Of a stretch of DNA of 64,000 bases, positions 1 through 11,640 are shown piece after piece. This DNA is from Raja brachyura. Lineage: Eukaryota. Numbering within the stretch: the first letter of the stretch is position 1; each line of letters begins with the position of its first letter. The notes beneath the pieces were generated by a model that saw nothing but the letters and a program-made list of their open reading frames with translations, had not been told where the DNA came from and ran no database searches. The DNA is taken from the NCBI GenBank assembly GCA_963514005.1, contig OY740781.1, positions 35,526,001-35,590,000 on the forward strand. Direction: 5' to 3'. Position numbers and translations under genes: made by a program.

Positions 1-59
1 AGCACCTCTGGAGAGAAGAGATCGAGACCCTTCTTCAGACTGAGAAAGACAATCCCTTC

Positions 60-620
60 ATGTGGCGACGCGACGGCCCGAGCTCAGAGTTATAGGCCGC
101 AAAGCCTGGGCCTCCAGCAGGAAATGCGCCCCGCCCCGCGCCGGGCCGGGCCGCGGTGACAACTCACCCTTTCATGGTGAACTTCACCACCGTCAACCTG
201 CAGCCGGCGTTGCTCAGCTCGGGCTGGAAGTCGGCGTCCGCCGCCATCACTTTCACCCTCATCGTCGCACGATTGTGTCCCGCTGATAACAACAATAATA
301 CACCAAAAAAAACGGCCTGCTCCCTCTCCAAGGCCTCAGGAAAAAATCATCTGATTTTTTTTTTAAATTAACAAACAAAAAACGCGCTTCGGCCGCAAAG
401 ACACAAAACAATCTCCAGCCTCAAGTGGGCCAACTGGAGCCTATGTCCCGCCCCCTCCTGCCGCCCATTGGCCCAGCGGCGCCCATGACGTCCGATTTCC
501 ACCAGCGCCACCGCTGAATCCGTGCCCTGAGTGGTGGATGGAGCTGTCACTCGCAGTAAGTTCAGGCCTCCTTGCGTCCGCACAGGTGGCCCAGAGCTCT
601 TTGCTAAGTCATGGCCCAGC
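60..620. promoter_or_regulatory. CpG-rich TXNL1 promoter/first-exon region
   Basis: High CpG density; GC box CCCGCCCCC 447-455, CCAAT on minus strand (ATTGG 467-471), CRE-like TGACGTC 486-492, about 200 bp upstream of the TXNL1 ATG. Confidence 0.7.
168..262 (-). CDS. TXNL1: Thioredoxin-like protein 1, first coding exon (gene continues left of window)
   Basis: Minus strand reads MRVKVMAADADFQPELSNAGCRLTVVKFTMKG then GG|GTGAGT donor; matches recalled TXNL1 N-terminus (DFQPELSGAGSRLAVVKFTMRG, just before CGPC). TXNL1 is head-to-head with WDR7 in other vertebrates. Not in the ORF track (too short). Confidence 0.95.
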
Positions 621-829
621 ACCAGCGGCCAGGAGCTTCAGCAGACATTTAGGTTGTTCTTTTTTGGGGGGTTCGTTCTTATTCTCTGGGTTCAATTTGT
701 TCTCTGGCATTGAAGTTATTCAGACCAAGTACTTAGGAAACATTAGTTAGGGGGTTGCTCCTATTCTCTTGATCTTATTCCCACATTTCCATCAATTCTA
801 TAACACATCTACTCAAGGCATAATTTACA

Positions 830-1140
830 CAATCTTATAGAAGTGTATAAAATCATGAGAGGAATAGATTGGGTAGATGCACAGAGTCTCTTGCCCGGAG
901 TAGGTGAATTGAGGACCACAGGATATAGGTTTTACGTGAATGGGAACAGATTAATAGAAATCTGATGGGTAACTTTTTCACACAAAGGTTGGTGGGTGTA
1001 TGGAACAAGCTGCCAGGGGTAGTTGAGGCTGGGACTAGCCTAACGTTTAAGAAAGTTCGAAAGGTACAGAGATATGACAGGTTAGGAGGGATTTGTTGGC
1101 TAAAGGGCCTGGTTCCACGCTGTATAACTGACTCAATGAC
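830..1140 (+). mobile_element. CR1-type LINE 3' fragment
   Basis: Encodes decayed CR1 ORF2 C-terminus (LIEVYKIMRGID...FFTQRLVGVWNKLP). Confidence 0.75.
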
Positions 1141-1896
1141 TTTGGAATCAATTTATCTTCTCTGGATTTGAAGTTATTCTCCAACCCCTGGCTTATTAAC
1201 ACAAATACATGTTGGAAATGTGAGTCAAGTGTGTTTTATTGTCATATCCAAATAGAACAATGACATTCTTACTTGCAGCAGCACAATAGACTATATAAAC
1301 ACATGATTACAAATGAGTAATAAATGCAATTTCTTGTTTGAACGGTTGATTAAGCTGTTCCCAATTCTATTCCTTATAAAGAATGAGAAGAACGTGGTTA
1401 GAAAAAAAGTTGGAAAATGCAGCTGGTCAAATAGCAGCATGGCTGGGAAAGATGTCTTTGAGTTTAAGGATCAAAAAATCTGATGGATGAACACCATTTT
1501 TAAAAAAAAGAACATGGGAGTAGGAGAAGAAAATGCCGTGTGCACTTGTAAGATATATACCTTGTGATAAACTCATGTTTAAATGTTAGGAGGTTAAAGG
1601 AGGTAGAAACAAAATTGTTGATCACATAACAGATAGCTCAATGGGATGAATGATATTCTCCATTTCCGTACCACATAGAAGGAGGTTATTCACCCAGCAA
1701 GACCCACAGAGCAATCTCATTCTCCCAATAATTTTCCCACATTCCCATCAATTCTATAACACATCTACCCAAGGCACATTTTACTTTGGCCAACTAACTT
1801 ACTAATCTGCATGTCTTTGGCATTTTGAAGACATTGGTACACCCAGGGAAAACCTACAGGGCAAAGCGAGAATGGTTTAAAGTCAAGTTTATTGTC

Positions 1897-2043
1897 ATAG
1901 AAACATAGAAATTAGGTGCAGGAGTAGGCCATTCGGCCCTTCGAGCGTGCACCGCCATTCAATATGATCATGGCTGATCATCCAACTCAGTATCCCGTAC
2001 CTGCCTTCTCTCCATACCCTCTGATCCCCTTAGCCACAAGGGC
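1897..2043 (-). mobile_element. CR1/HER1-like LINE 3' tail
   Basis: catagaaacatagaaa-ttaggtgcaggagtaggccattcggccc tail shared with many copies in the window. Confidence 0.8.
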
Positions 2044-2565
2044 ATGCACAAGTACAGTGAGGTGCAGGTACAATAAATTTTGCTTGCAGCAGCATCACAG
2101 CCACATTGACTCAGACGCTTTCAAAAATATAAATTGCATATAATTCTACAAGGCAGTGAAAAGAAAAAAAAACTGCAAAGTAGAATTAGAAAAGAATCCA
2201 TGGTAGAGCAAGAGGTGGTCAATAGTCTTCCATTGCTGAGGTAGGATTAGGATTGTACGGGTCAGTTCAAGATGGTTGTCGGAAAGTAGCTGCTCTTGAA
2301 CCTGGTGTTGGAGAACTCGAGACGTCTGTACCTTATTCCCAAAGGTAGCAGTAAGATGATAGCAAGGCCTGGATGGTGGGGATCTTTGAAAATAGATTCT
2401 GTCTTCTTGAGGCACCACCTCATGCAGATGTTTTCAGTGGAGGGGAGGATTGTGCCCATGCTGGACTGGGACGAGTCCACTACTCTTTGCAGTTTCTTGC
2501 ATTCTTGGGCATTAAAATTGCTTTACCAGGCCATGCTGCAGCTAGTCAGTACACTCACCATGTAA
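2044..2565 (-). mobile_element. Rex1/Babar-type LINE 3' fragment
   Basis: ORF 2262..2480 (IFKDPHHPG...LLPLGIRYR...TRFKSSYFPT) is the typical Rex1/Babar C-terminus. Confidence 0.75.
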
Positions 2566-2934
2566 CAATACCATCATGGCTGATTTAATGTAGAAAAAAA
2601 TGCTGGAGAAACTTAGCGGGTGAGGCAGCATCTATGGAGCGAAGGAATAGGCGACGTTTCAGGTTGAGACCCTTCTTCAGACTGATATGGGGGGGAGGGG
2701 GGCAGGAAATGAAGAGGCGAAGACAGGCTGATTTAATTGTAACTTTAGTTCTGTATTCTTGTTTACTTGTGTGAACCTTTTAATTGTTACTTATTCCACC
2801 ATTAGAAGCACTCACATTACTTGGATTTCAAAGCAGATGGTTCCATTTCACAAGGAATGATGCCAGAGATTGAAAATCCTCTAGAATGCGATGATTTTTC
2901 TTTTAAAACCTACAGAATGATCCTGGAAATGAAT

Positions 2935-3158
2935 TGCTGTCTGTATGGAGTTTGTACGTTCTCCCCGTGACCTGCGTGGGTTTTCTCCGAGATCTTCGGT
3001 TTCCTCCCACACTCCAAAGACGTACTTGTTTGTAGGTTAATTGGCTTGGTAAATGTAAAAAATGTTCCTCGTGGATGTAGGACAGTGTTAACGTGCGAGG
3101 ATCGCTGGTCGGCGCGGACCTGGTGGGCCTGTTTCCGCGCTGCATCTCTAAACTAAAC
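2935..3158 (+). mobile_element. V-SINE/HE1-like SINE, 5'-truncated
   Basis: Core ggagtttgtacgttctccccgtgacc...ttcctcccacactccaaagac and tail ctctaaactaaac, shared with 51597-51900. Confidence 0.75.
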
Positions 3159-3539
3159 CAGAATCCCCTGCATCCAGTGCTCTCAGCCATTTCTTAATAT
3201 CACATAAAATGAATCAAATTGACTGGAGATAAGTCTCTGTGATGGTTTACGTTTAAGTTAATTTTTGTCACATGGACTGAGGAAGAGTCACAATAGATAG
3301 AGCAAACGGGAAGATACAGAGTGCAGAATATAGCCCTTAGCGTTCCAATGTCTTCAACGGGGTGAATCAAACAGTACCCTAGCTTATGAAAGGATTGTTT
3401 AGATGCCTGATAATAACAGAGGGGATGCTGTTCCTGAGTCTGGTGGTGCACGCTGTCAAGCTTCTGTACCTGCTGGTTGGGAGCAGGGAAAAGAAGGAAG
3501 GACCAGGATGGAACAAGTCTTTGATTATGTTGTCTGCTT

Positions 3540-4610
3540 ACCTGGTGGAGGTTGCTGTATGGGAACAGGCTGTAGGTGGGAGGTTGCTGAAGGTTGAGAT
3601 TGCTTTAGGTTGTGGTTGCTGTAGGTTATGGTTGCTGCAAGGGAACTGGCTGTAGTGAGGGGGGGAAGGTTGCTGTCATCTGAGGTTGTTGCAAGGGAAC
3701 TGGCTGTAGAGGGAGCAGGCTGGGTGATTGGGGCTGCTGTAGGTTGAGGTTGCTGTGGGGAAACTGCCTGCGTTGAGGGGGTAGCTGGCTGTAGTGAGGG
3801 GGGGACTGACTGGAGGGAAGCTGGCTGTAGGTTTAGATTGCTGCAGGAAGCTGACTGTAGTGAGGGGGGGGGGAGCTGGCTGTAATGACAGCTGGCTGTA
3901 TGTAGTGAGGGGGGAGCTGGCTGCAGTGAGAGCTAGGTGTTGTGTGGGGGGATCTGGTTGTAATGATTGGTGCTGGCGGTAGTGAGGGGGGGGAGCTATG
4001 TAGTGAGGGGGGAACTGGCTGTATGTAGTGAGGGGCAGAGCTGGCAGTAATGAGGGGGGAGCTGGTTGAGGTTGCTGCCAGGGAGTGGGAGCTGACTGTA
4101 TTGAGGGGGGAGCTGGCTGCAGTGAGAGCTAGGTGTTGTGTGGGGGAGCTGGTTGTAATTAGGGGGGAGCTGGCTACATGTAGAGACGGGGGGGGTGCCT
4201 GTCATGAGGGGGGAGTTGGCAGTAGTGAGGGGGGGAACTGGCTGTGGGGGGAGCTGGCGGTTGTAGGGGGGAGCTGGCTGTGAGGGGGGGAGCTGGCTGT
4301 GAGGGGGGGAGCTGGCTGTGAGGGGGGAGCTGGCTGCGAGGGGGGATGTGACTAGGGGAGCAGCCAGCTGCAGGGGGGAGCTGGCTGGCTGTTGGGGAGG
4401 AAGCTGGCTGTGGGGGGGAGATTACAAGGGGAGGGAGCTGGCTGTGTGGGGGGGGGGGCAAGCTGTGGGGGGGGCTGGCTGTTGAGGAGGGAACTGGCTG
4501 TAGGGGGGGGCTGGCTGTTGAGGAGGGAGCTGGCTGTAGGGGAGGAGGGAGCTGGCTGGGGGGGAGGGAGCTGGCTGTAGGGGAGCAGCCGGCTGTAGGG
4601 GGAGCTGCGG
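3540..4610 (+). repeat. Degenerate G-rich minisatellite (G4-8)AGCTGGCTGT
   Basis: Dozens of GGGGGAGCTGGCTGT-like units of about 15-22 bp with strong G skew on the plus strand. Confidence 0.9.
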
Positions 4611-4744
4611 CGGGAGTTGGCCACCAGTGGTGTTGACGGGGAGCGCTGCTCCGCGGAGTGAGGGCAGCTGTTGCCGGCAAAGACGAGCCAGTGGGAGCCG
4701 GGAGATGGAGTGAGATGGAGGTTGATCAGCAAGCAGCTGCCGAG
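4608..4744 (+). other. WDR7: Putative non-coding first exon of WDR7 (start approximate)
   Basis: CpG-containing unique sequence ending in strong donor GAG|GTGAGT (4744/4745). The first coding exon has an acceptor 13 nt before the ATG, so an upstream exon is required. Identity of this exon is inferred. Confidence 0.55.
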
Positions 4745-5299
4745 GTGAGTGAAAGAGACAGTCGGCCACTCCTGTCAAAGTAGAGCTAAGGATCCCCTAG
4801 TGATCCCGACCGACCGAGCACGGTGTTTATAAACTGTGACATGTGTTATTATGTGGCTGGCGAGGGTGGCGACAGGTTCCATTCCGGCCTTTACCTGCAG
4901 CCTGGGCTGCAATGGAAATAATTGCAATGTTTTGAAATGTGGTTTCCACAACCTATGCACATTGCTCATTTATTTGTGGTTTAATTAAGGAAATATGTTT
5001 ATTATTTAGCCATACCCCGTGTCCTTTATGACTGTGTTAGTATGCTAGCCATGCCAGTAACTCTGGGATTGACTCAATTTAAAAATATATATATATATAA
5101 AGTTCTGTCAGCACATTTAAAATAAAATCAAAGTTTAGATGGCGCACCAAAAGCATCAATTTAAAAAAATCATTCAAAACTGATCTGTTTGCATTTTGTT
5201 TTGAAAGTTGCTCTGTGTTCTGATCTCTCCCTTGGTTTAAAGGGCTTTTTCTAGGATCAAAAACAATTTATGGTGCCTTTTAAACACAGCAATATATTA

Positions 5300-5395
5300 C
5301 TGAAGAAGGGTCTCGACCCGAAACATCACCCATTCCTTCTCTGCAGAGATGCTGCCAGACCTGCTGAGTTACTCCAGCATTTTGTGTCTACCTTC
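5300..5395 (+). mobile_element. Penelope-like element tail with hammerhead-like motif
   Basis: CTGAAGA-A-GGGT-CTCG-ACCC-GAAAC-ATC followed by the conserved tail seen downstream of GIY-YIG remnants elsewhere in the window. Confidence 0.7.
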
Positions 5396-6199
5396 AACAT
5401 ATTACATGGGATTGTTATCAGGCAAATTTTAAATCGGAGCCACAGGTGATAAAGCTGAAGATTGTTCAAAGGTACATTTTAAAGGAAGAAAGACATGAAT
5501 GAACGGAAAGACATGAATGAATGGTTTAGAGAGAGAAATTGCAATGAAACATATCTCGAATTCACAGGAGACAACAAGAGAATCTGGAGCAACAAATGAT
5601 GTACAGGAGGAATTTAGTAGGTTGAACATCATCGGTGAGGGGAAATCCATTTTCTCCACCACAGATGCTGCTCAACCTGCTGAATACTTTCATCACATTG
5701 CTTGTTGCTCCAGCTTTCAACTTTGTTAAAGAAGCTCAGTTTCAGGATGAAAAGAACAGAAAACCTGTGGTTGAAATCTGAAATAAAAACAGAAAGTGCT
5801 GGAAACACTCAACAAATCAGGCAACAACTGTGGATATTGAATATTAAGAAAATCAACGGACGTGGAATTCATGCAGAAATACTGTGATGACGAGGCAACA
5901 TATAATTAACATAATTATTAAGAACTTAATTCGGTACTAAATTTGTATTTTTGTTTTAAATGTTACCTTCCCTTTTCACCTGCTCAATTGTATAAATAAG
6001 TTGCAATTCAAAGGATAACAGTTTGTCACTCGTCCAGTATAGTCAATCTAAAATTGTGTAATGAAGTAAACTGTCTGGATTTCACCCAACAAAATCCAAG
6101 ATTACAGAGTCATTGAGCAGGCCAGCAGTTTTATCCAGGTTATATCTCAAAGCTAAACAAAACTAAAATTAATGTCGATCAAGGTAAATAATTATCACA

Positions 6200-7546
6200 C
6201 TGTACCCTCCATAATGTTTGGGACAAGGACCCATCATTTATTTATTTGCCTCTGTACATCACAATTTGAGATTTGTAATAGAAAAAAAATCGCATGTGGG
6301 TAAAGTCAACATTGTCAGATTTTAATAAAGGCCATTTTTATACATTTTGGTTTCACCATGTAGAAATTACAGCAGTGTTTATACAATGTATCCCCATTTC
6401 AGGGCACCATAATGTTTGAGACACAACAATGTCATGTAAATGAAAGTTGTCATGTTTCGTATTTTGTTGCATATCCTTTGCATGTAATGACTGCTTGAAG
6501 TCTGCGATTCATGGACATCACCAGTTGCTGGGTGTCTTCTCTGGTGATGCTCTACCAGGCCTGTATTGCAGCCATCTTTAGCTTATGTTTATTTTGGGGG
6601 TTAGTCCCCTTCAGTTTTCTCTTCAGCATATAAGAGGCATGCTCAATTGGGTGATTGACTTGGCCACTGAAGAATTGACCATTTTTTAGCTTTGGAAAAC
6701 TCCTTTGGTACTTTAGCAGTATGTTTGGGATCATTATCTTGCTGTAGAATGAACTGCAGGCCAATGAGTTATGAGGCATTTGTTTTAACTTGAGCAGAAA
6801 GGATGTGTCTATACACTTCAGAATTAATTTTGCTACCACCAACAGCAGTTGTATCATCAATGAAGATAAGTGAGCCAGTACCTTCAGCAGCCATATATGC
6901 CAAGGCGATAATGCCCCCAACACCGTGTTTCACAGATGAGGTGGTATGCTTTGGATCTTAGGCAGTACCTTCTCTCTCCCATACTTTGCTCTTGCCATCA
7001 CTCTGATACGTTAATCTTTGTTGGACAGGTGTTTGGGATTTTTCTTTATTATAGAGAGAATTCTTCTGTCATCAGCTGTGGAGGTCTTCCTTGGCCTGCC
7101 AATCCCTTTGCGATTGGTAAGCTCACCAGTGTTTTTCTTCTTAATGATGTTCCAAACAATTGATTTTGGTAGGCTGATGTCTCTAACGGTTTCATTCTTG
7201 TTTCTCATTCTCATAATGGCTTCTTTGACTTTAATTGACACAACTTTACTGCTTGTGTTGATAAACAGCAATAAAAGTTTCCAAAGGTGATGGAAAGACA
7301 AGGTGCTGAGAGCTCTCTTATACCTGCATTAAGGAGGCAATGTGTCCCAAACATTATGGTGCCCTGAAATGGGGGGACTATGTTTCAACACAGCTGTAAT
7401 TCCTACATTGTGAAACCAAATTGTATACAAATGACAATGTGCACTTTAACCACATGTGATTTTCCTATTACAAATCTCAAATTGTGGAGTACAGAGGCAA
7501 ATAAATAAATGATGGGACCTTGTCCCAAACATTATGGAGGGCACTG
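6200..7546 (-). mobile_element. Tc1-family DNA transposon (IR/DR type), internally deleted
   Basis: TIRs cagtgccctccataatgtttgggacaa at both ends, TA at 7547-7548, inner direct repeat ccataatgtttg; transposase remnants (VKEAIMRMRNKNETVRDIS, GRPRKTS, MLKRKLKG). Confidence 0.92.
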
Positions 7547-7669
7547 TAATTAGTATTATTGGCAGTGGGATACTACTGAAACTAGCTATATTAATTTTTG
7601 ACTTGTATATTGCAAATTTCTTTTGGCATACTCTGTTGACATTGTAATCATGGATATTTTAGAACATAC

Positions 7670-8850
7670 ATGGATCAGCACAGAAACAGGCCGTTCGGAC
7701 TGCAATGTTTGTGCCAAAAATGATGCCCATTTAAACTGATCTCACCTGCCTGCCATATCCCTCTATTTCCTGTACTTCCATGTACTTATCTAAAAGCGTC
7801 TTGAATGCCACTATCATATTTGCCTCCACCATCACCCATGACAATGTGTTCCAGCCCCCCGCCGCTCACTGTGTAAAAGAAATGCCCTGCATATCTCCAT
7901 TAAACTTTCCCCTTCTCACTTTAATGCTTTCAAGAAAGAATTAGATAGAGCTCTTAAAGATAGCGGAGTCAAGGGATATGGGGAGAAGGCAGGAATGGGG
8001 GTACTGATTGTGGATGATCAGACATGATCACAGTGAATGGAGTTGCTGGCTCATCGGGCTGAATGGCCTACTCCTGCACCTATTGTCTATTGCAGAGGTG
8101 AATATGACCTGGTTTAATATTTAATCGAAGAGAACCATATATATTGCCCTCTCATATTGGTCATTTTCATCCTGGGAAAAAGGTTCCGACTGTCTATCCC
8201 ATCAATGCCTCTTGTAACTTTTCATATTCCATCAAGTCTCCCCTCAACCTCCAACGTTCCAGAGAAAACAATTCAAGCCTATCGAACCTTTCCCTGTAGT
8301 TGAATAACTTCTAATCCTGACGACATTCTACTCAACCTACTCTGCACCCTCTCCAAAGTTTCCACATCTTTCTTGATATGGGGTGATTAAAACTGCATTA
8401 TTTACTCCAAATGTGGCCTAACCAGAGACCTGTGGAGCTGCATTTTGACTTATTTACTCTTATATTCAATGCCCCTGGCAGTAAAGCCAAGCATTCCATA
8501 TGTGTAGGAAAGAACTGCAGATGCTGGTTTAAATTGAAGGTGGACACAAAATGCGGGGGTAACTCAGCGGGTCAGGCAGCTTCTCTGGAGAGAAGGAATG
8601 GGGCACGTTACGGGTCGAGACCCTTCTTCAGACATTCCATTTGCCTTCTTTACCACCCTTTACTTGTGCTGCCACCTTTAGTGGGCTATGAACTTGGACT
8701 CCATGATCCCTCTGTACTTCAATACTGTCGCGGATGTTGCTATTAACTGCATACACTCTCCTTACATTCAACCCTCTTAAGTGCAACACCTCACAATTGC
8801 TTGGTTTAAACTCCAACTGCAATTTCTTTGCTAATTTCTGCAGCTGGTCT
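7670..8850 (-). mobile_element. Decayed CR1 LINE with nested CR1 tail (7920-8090, +) and Penelope tail (8501-8633, -)
   Basis: ORF 8628..8822 (MQLEFKPSNCEVLHL...QRDHGVQVHSPLKVAAQV) is CR1 RT C-terminal region. Confidence 0.7.
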
Positions 8851-8864
8851 GTTTTTATAGAATA

Positions 8865-9765
8865 TTAGACTAAGTGAGACTAGTCACACAGGAGGTCTGG
8901 TCCCCCAACGCAACTCATTTCCCAATGCAATGTTCCACCACTCACCTATTTTTCCCCAACGCAACGGCTGGAGTGTTTTGTATCCGGGGGACGGCTTCTG
9001 GTGGGGAGCGCCCTGCAGCCAGGGGAGGGGGACGGCTTCAGGCGGGGCCGGTTTGGGGGAGGAGTGGTGTGGGGGAGGAGGGCGGGGAGGAGGGTGTGTG
9101 GGTGGGGGGTGTGGGGGAGAGTGCTGTGGGGGTGGGGGAGGGAAGGATGGGGAGAGGGTGTGGGGGAGGAGGGGGCACGTGGGGGGTGCGGGGGAGGGGT
9201 GCCTGAATGGGGGAGGGGCTTGTGTAGGGAGGGGGGTGTATGTTGTGGGTGTGGGGGTTTGTGGTGGCGGGGGGGGGGGGGGTGGGGCGGTGGTCACCAC
9301 AGACACAGCCCACACTCTGCTCACTTTGCTCCTTCACCTTTCGGCCTCACTCAGTGGTCCCGGCGCATCGTTGTGGTCGCCGCAGAAGCAGCCCTCACTC
9401 GCTCTCTCCGCAGTTTGCACTTCTGCACTCCGCTCCCCGGCTCCGGCCTCACTTTGCTCACTTTGCACATGCTCTCTGTGCTCTGCTCACTCTGCTCCTT
9501 CAGCTTTATTCTCCCCGCCGCTAGTGATTGTCAGTGGGTGCTGGAAGGGGCGGTTTTTACGTTTTGTTAAACTTGCATAACTTTGGTAATATTCCACCGA
9601 TCGGAACAAAACTTGATGGACTTGCAGCACAGGTGAATGGCGAGTAAGGCGGCAAAAAATCGTAGCGCTATCGGATACCATTTTTGCTGAAATGTAAAAA
9701 CAACGCAAACCGAAAGAAGACAAGATGAGAGTTTTAGTTAGGTATATAGATAGTTAGATAGAAGA
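8865..9765 (-). mobile_element. Non-autonomous Helitron-like element (copy A)
   Basis: Both termini homologous to 14992-19784 (tagactaagtg.gac...tggtcccccaacgcaa; caagatgaga.ttttagtta..ataga); degenerate CTAG end with short hairpin; G-rich interior. Confidence 0.6.
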
Positions 9766-10009
9766 TGTTGTTACTATCACTATGAACTTGACTAAGATTA
9801 AGCTATGGGAATGTGCTCTGCTATTCTGCAAGTTCATAGATCATCTGATCATTGGCAGAAAAGTGGAGTTGAAGCCAAACGCCCTAACTCTTGATTTTTC
9901 CCGTAGTTTAATGGAACATCTTTCCTAGTACTGAGTATACTGAGGATCCACTGTAGATGTTATAAAAGTTTTATAACTTCTCCACGAAATAAGTTATAAA
10001 AGCTTGCAA

Positions 10010-10370
10010 AAGGTGGCACTGTGACACAGCTACCAGGGCTGCTACCACACAGCTCCAGCAACCAAGGTTCAATCCTGATTTCTGGTACTTTTTTATGTGG
10101 GGTTTGCACATACTCTTTGTGACTGATTTTTTTTTCCCAGCTGCTTCCCTCTTTTCTCACCGATGATTGGGATGGTGTTAATTGGACATTGTAAATTGCT
10201 CTCAGTATAAAGATAAATGATGGAATATAGTGTGAAATTGGGAATTTTGTAGAATAATATGGGATATGGTAGAAATAGTAAAAAAAAAAATAGTGTTTGA
10301 TGATCAGCAAGTAATTGGTGGGCTGAAGAGCTTATTTCTGTGCTCGACCACTATGAATCTCTAACTCCAG
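10010..10370 (+). mobile_element. Degenerate tRNA-derived V-SINE
   Basis: A/B-box-like head (ggtggcactgtgacacag...ggttcaatcctg) and V-domain remnants. Confidence 0.55.
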
Positions 10371-10569
10371 AACTTTGCGGGAGATGTTTTTTTCTGCTCT
10401 CAGTATTAACTGGTCTCCCTATTAACATTCAGATTGTGCATGCCAAATACTTGCTGAATGATTGGCAAGCAATTGGAAAGCAATTATTGGGATGTTGCTT
10501 TTATTTCTATGAATTCAGATAGTTGCAGAATAATACAACTATTCATATTCTAGATTTATAATCCAAAAT

Positions 10570-11640
10570 TCTGTGTTAACACCCCTTCCCATTTACAACC
10601 TGATCTTTCTGTCCTGTGCCTCCTCTGTTGCCAGAGGCCACACATAAACTGGAGGAACAGTACCATATATTCTGATTGGGCAACTTGCACCCCAATGGGA
10701 TAAACATTTTATTATCCAATTTTAGGTAAACAATCACATCCTTTTTCCCCTCTCTCGTCCAGGTGTGCCCCACTTGGATGCACATCCCATTTCACAATTT
10801 CCTCTCCTACCCCGCACCGTCCCATTCCACCTCCCAATCTCCTTCCACCAATATTCCGTTCTCTGGGTTCATATTTTATGCTGCTTTTATACTTATCTCA
10901 GACACTTTGTCTTTTCATCCCAGGCCTTTGTCCATCTGTCTATCAAGCATCCCCCTTACCTGAATCCACCTATCACTTGTGTGGGAAGGAACTGCAGATG
11001 CTGGTTTAAACCGAAGATAGACAAAAAATGCTGGAGTAACTCAGCGAGATAGGCAGCATCTCTGGAGAGAAGGAATGGGTGACGTTTCGGGTCAAGACCC
11101 TTCTTCAGACTGAGGGTCACGGAAAGTGAAATTAGAGATATAAACGATGATGTAGAGAGTTATCAAATAAATGAATAATAGATATGCAAAATAGTAATGA
11201 TGATAAAGGAGTTGTCAGCTGTTTGCTAAGTGAGAAAGAGAAGCTGGTATGACCTGGGTGGGGGAGAGATGGATGGAGAGAAAGAGAATGTAGGGGTTAC
11301 TTGAAGTTAGAGAAATCAATATTAATACCACTGGGTTGTAAGCTGCCCAACTGAAATATGAGATGCTGTTCCTCCAATTGGCGTTTAGCCTCACTGACAA
11401 TGGAGGAGGCCAAGGACAGAAAGGTCAGCGTGGGAATGAGAAGGGGAATTAAAGTGTTGACAACCAGAAGAGTTTCGCTTGGGCAGCTTACAACCCAGTG
11501 GTATGAATATTGATTTCTCTAACTTCAAATTACCCCTGAATTCCCTCTCTATCCCTCCATCCCTCCCCCACCTGAAATGTTGCCTTTTCATGTCCCCCAG
11601 AAATGCTGCCCTTCTCATTGAATTGCTCCAGCACTTTGTA
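10570..11640. mobile_element. Cluster of Penelope-like fragments in alternating orientation
   Basis: GIY-YIG C-terminal remnants (HFNSPSHSHADLSVLGLLHCQ; KLEEQYHIF.LG) on + (10570-10980), - (10981-11470), + (11474-11640); intact hammerhead-like core on minus at 11081-11108. Confidence 0.75.

Noticed and set aside
62-750. ORF-track ORFs over the CpG island
   Set aside because: The real coding signal is the 95-nt TXNL1 exon on the minus strand; the listed ORFs have no recognisable homology.
3794-4778. Several overlapping Pro/Gly-rich ORFs
   Set aside because: Translations of the G-rich minisatellite; no splice or homology support.
8874-9580. Gly/Pro-rich ORFs up to 216 aa
   Set aside because: Low-complexity G-rich interior of the Helitron-like copy A.
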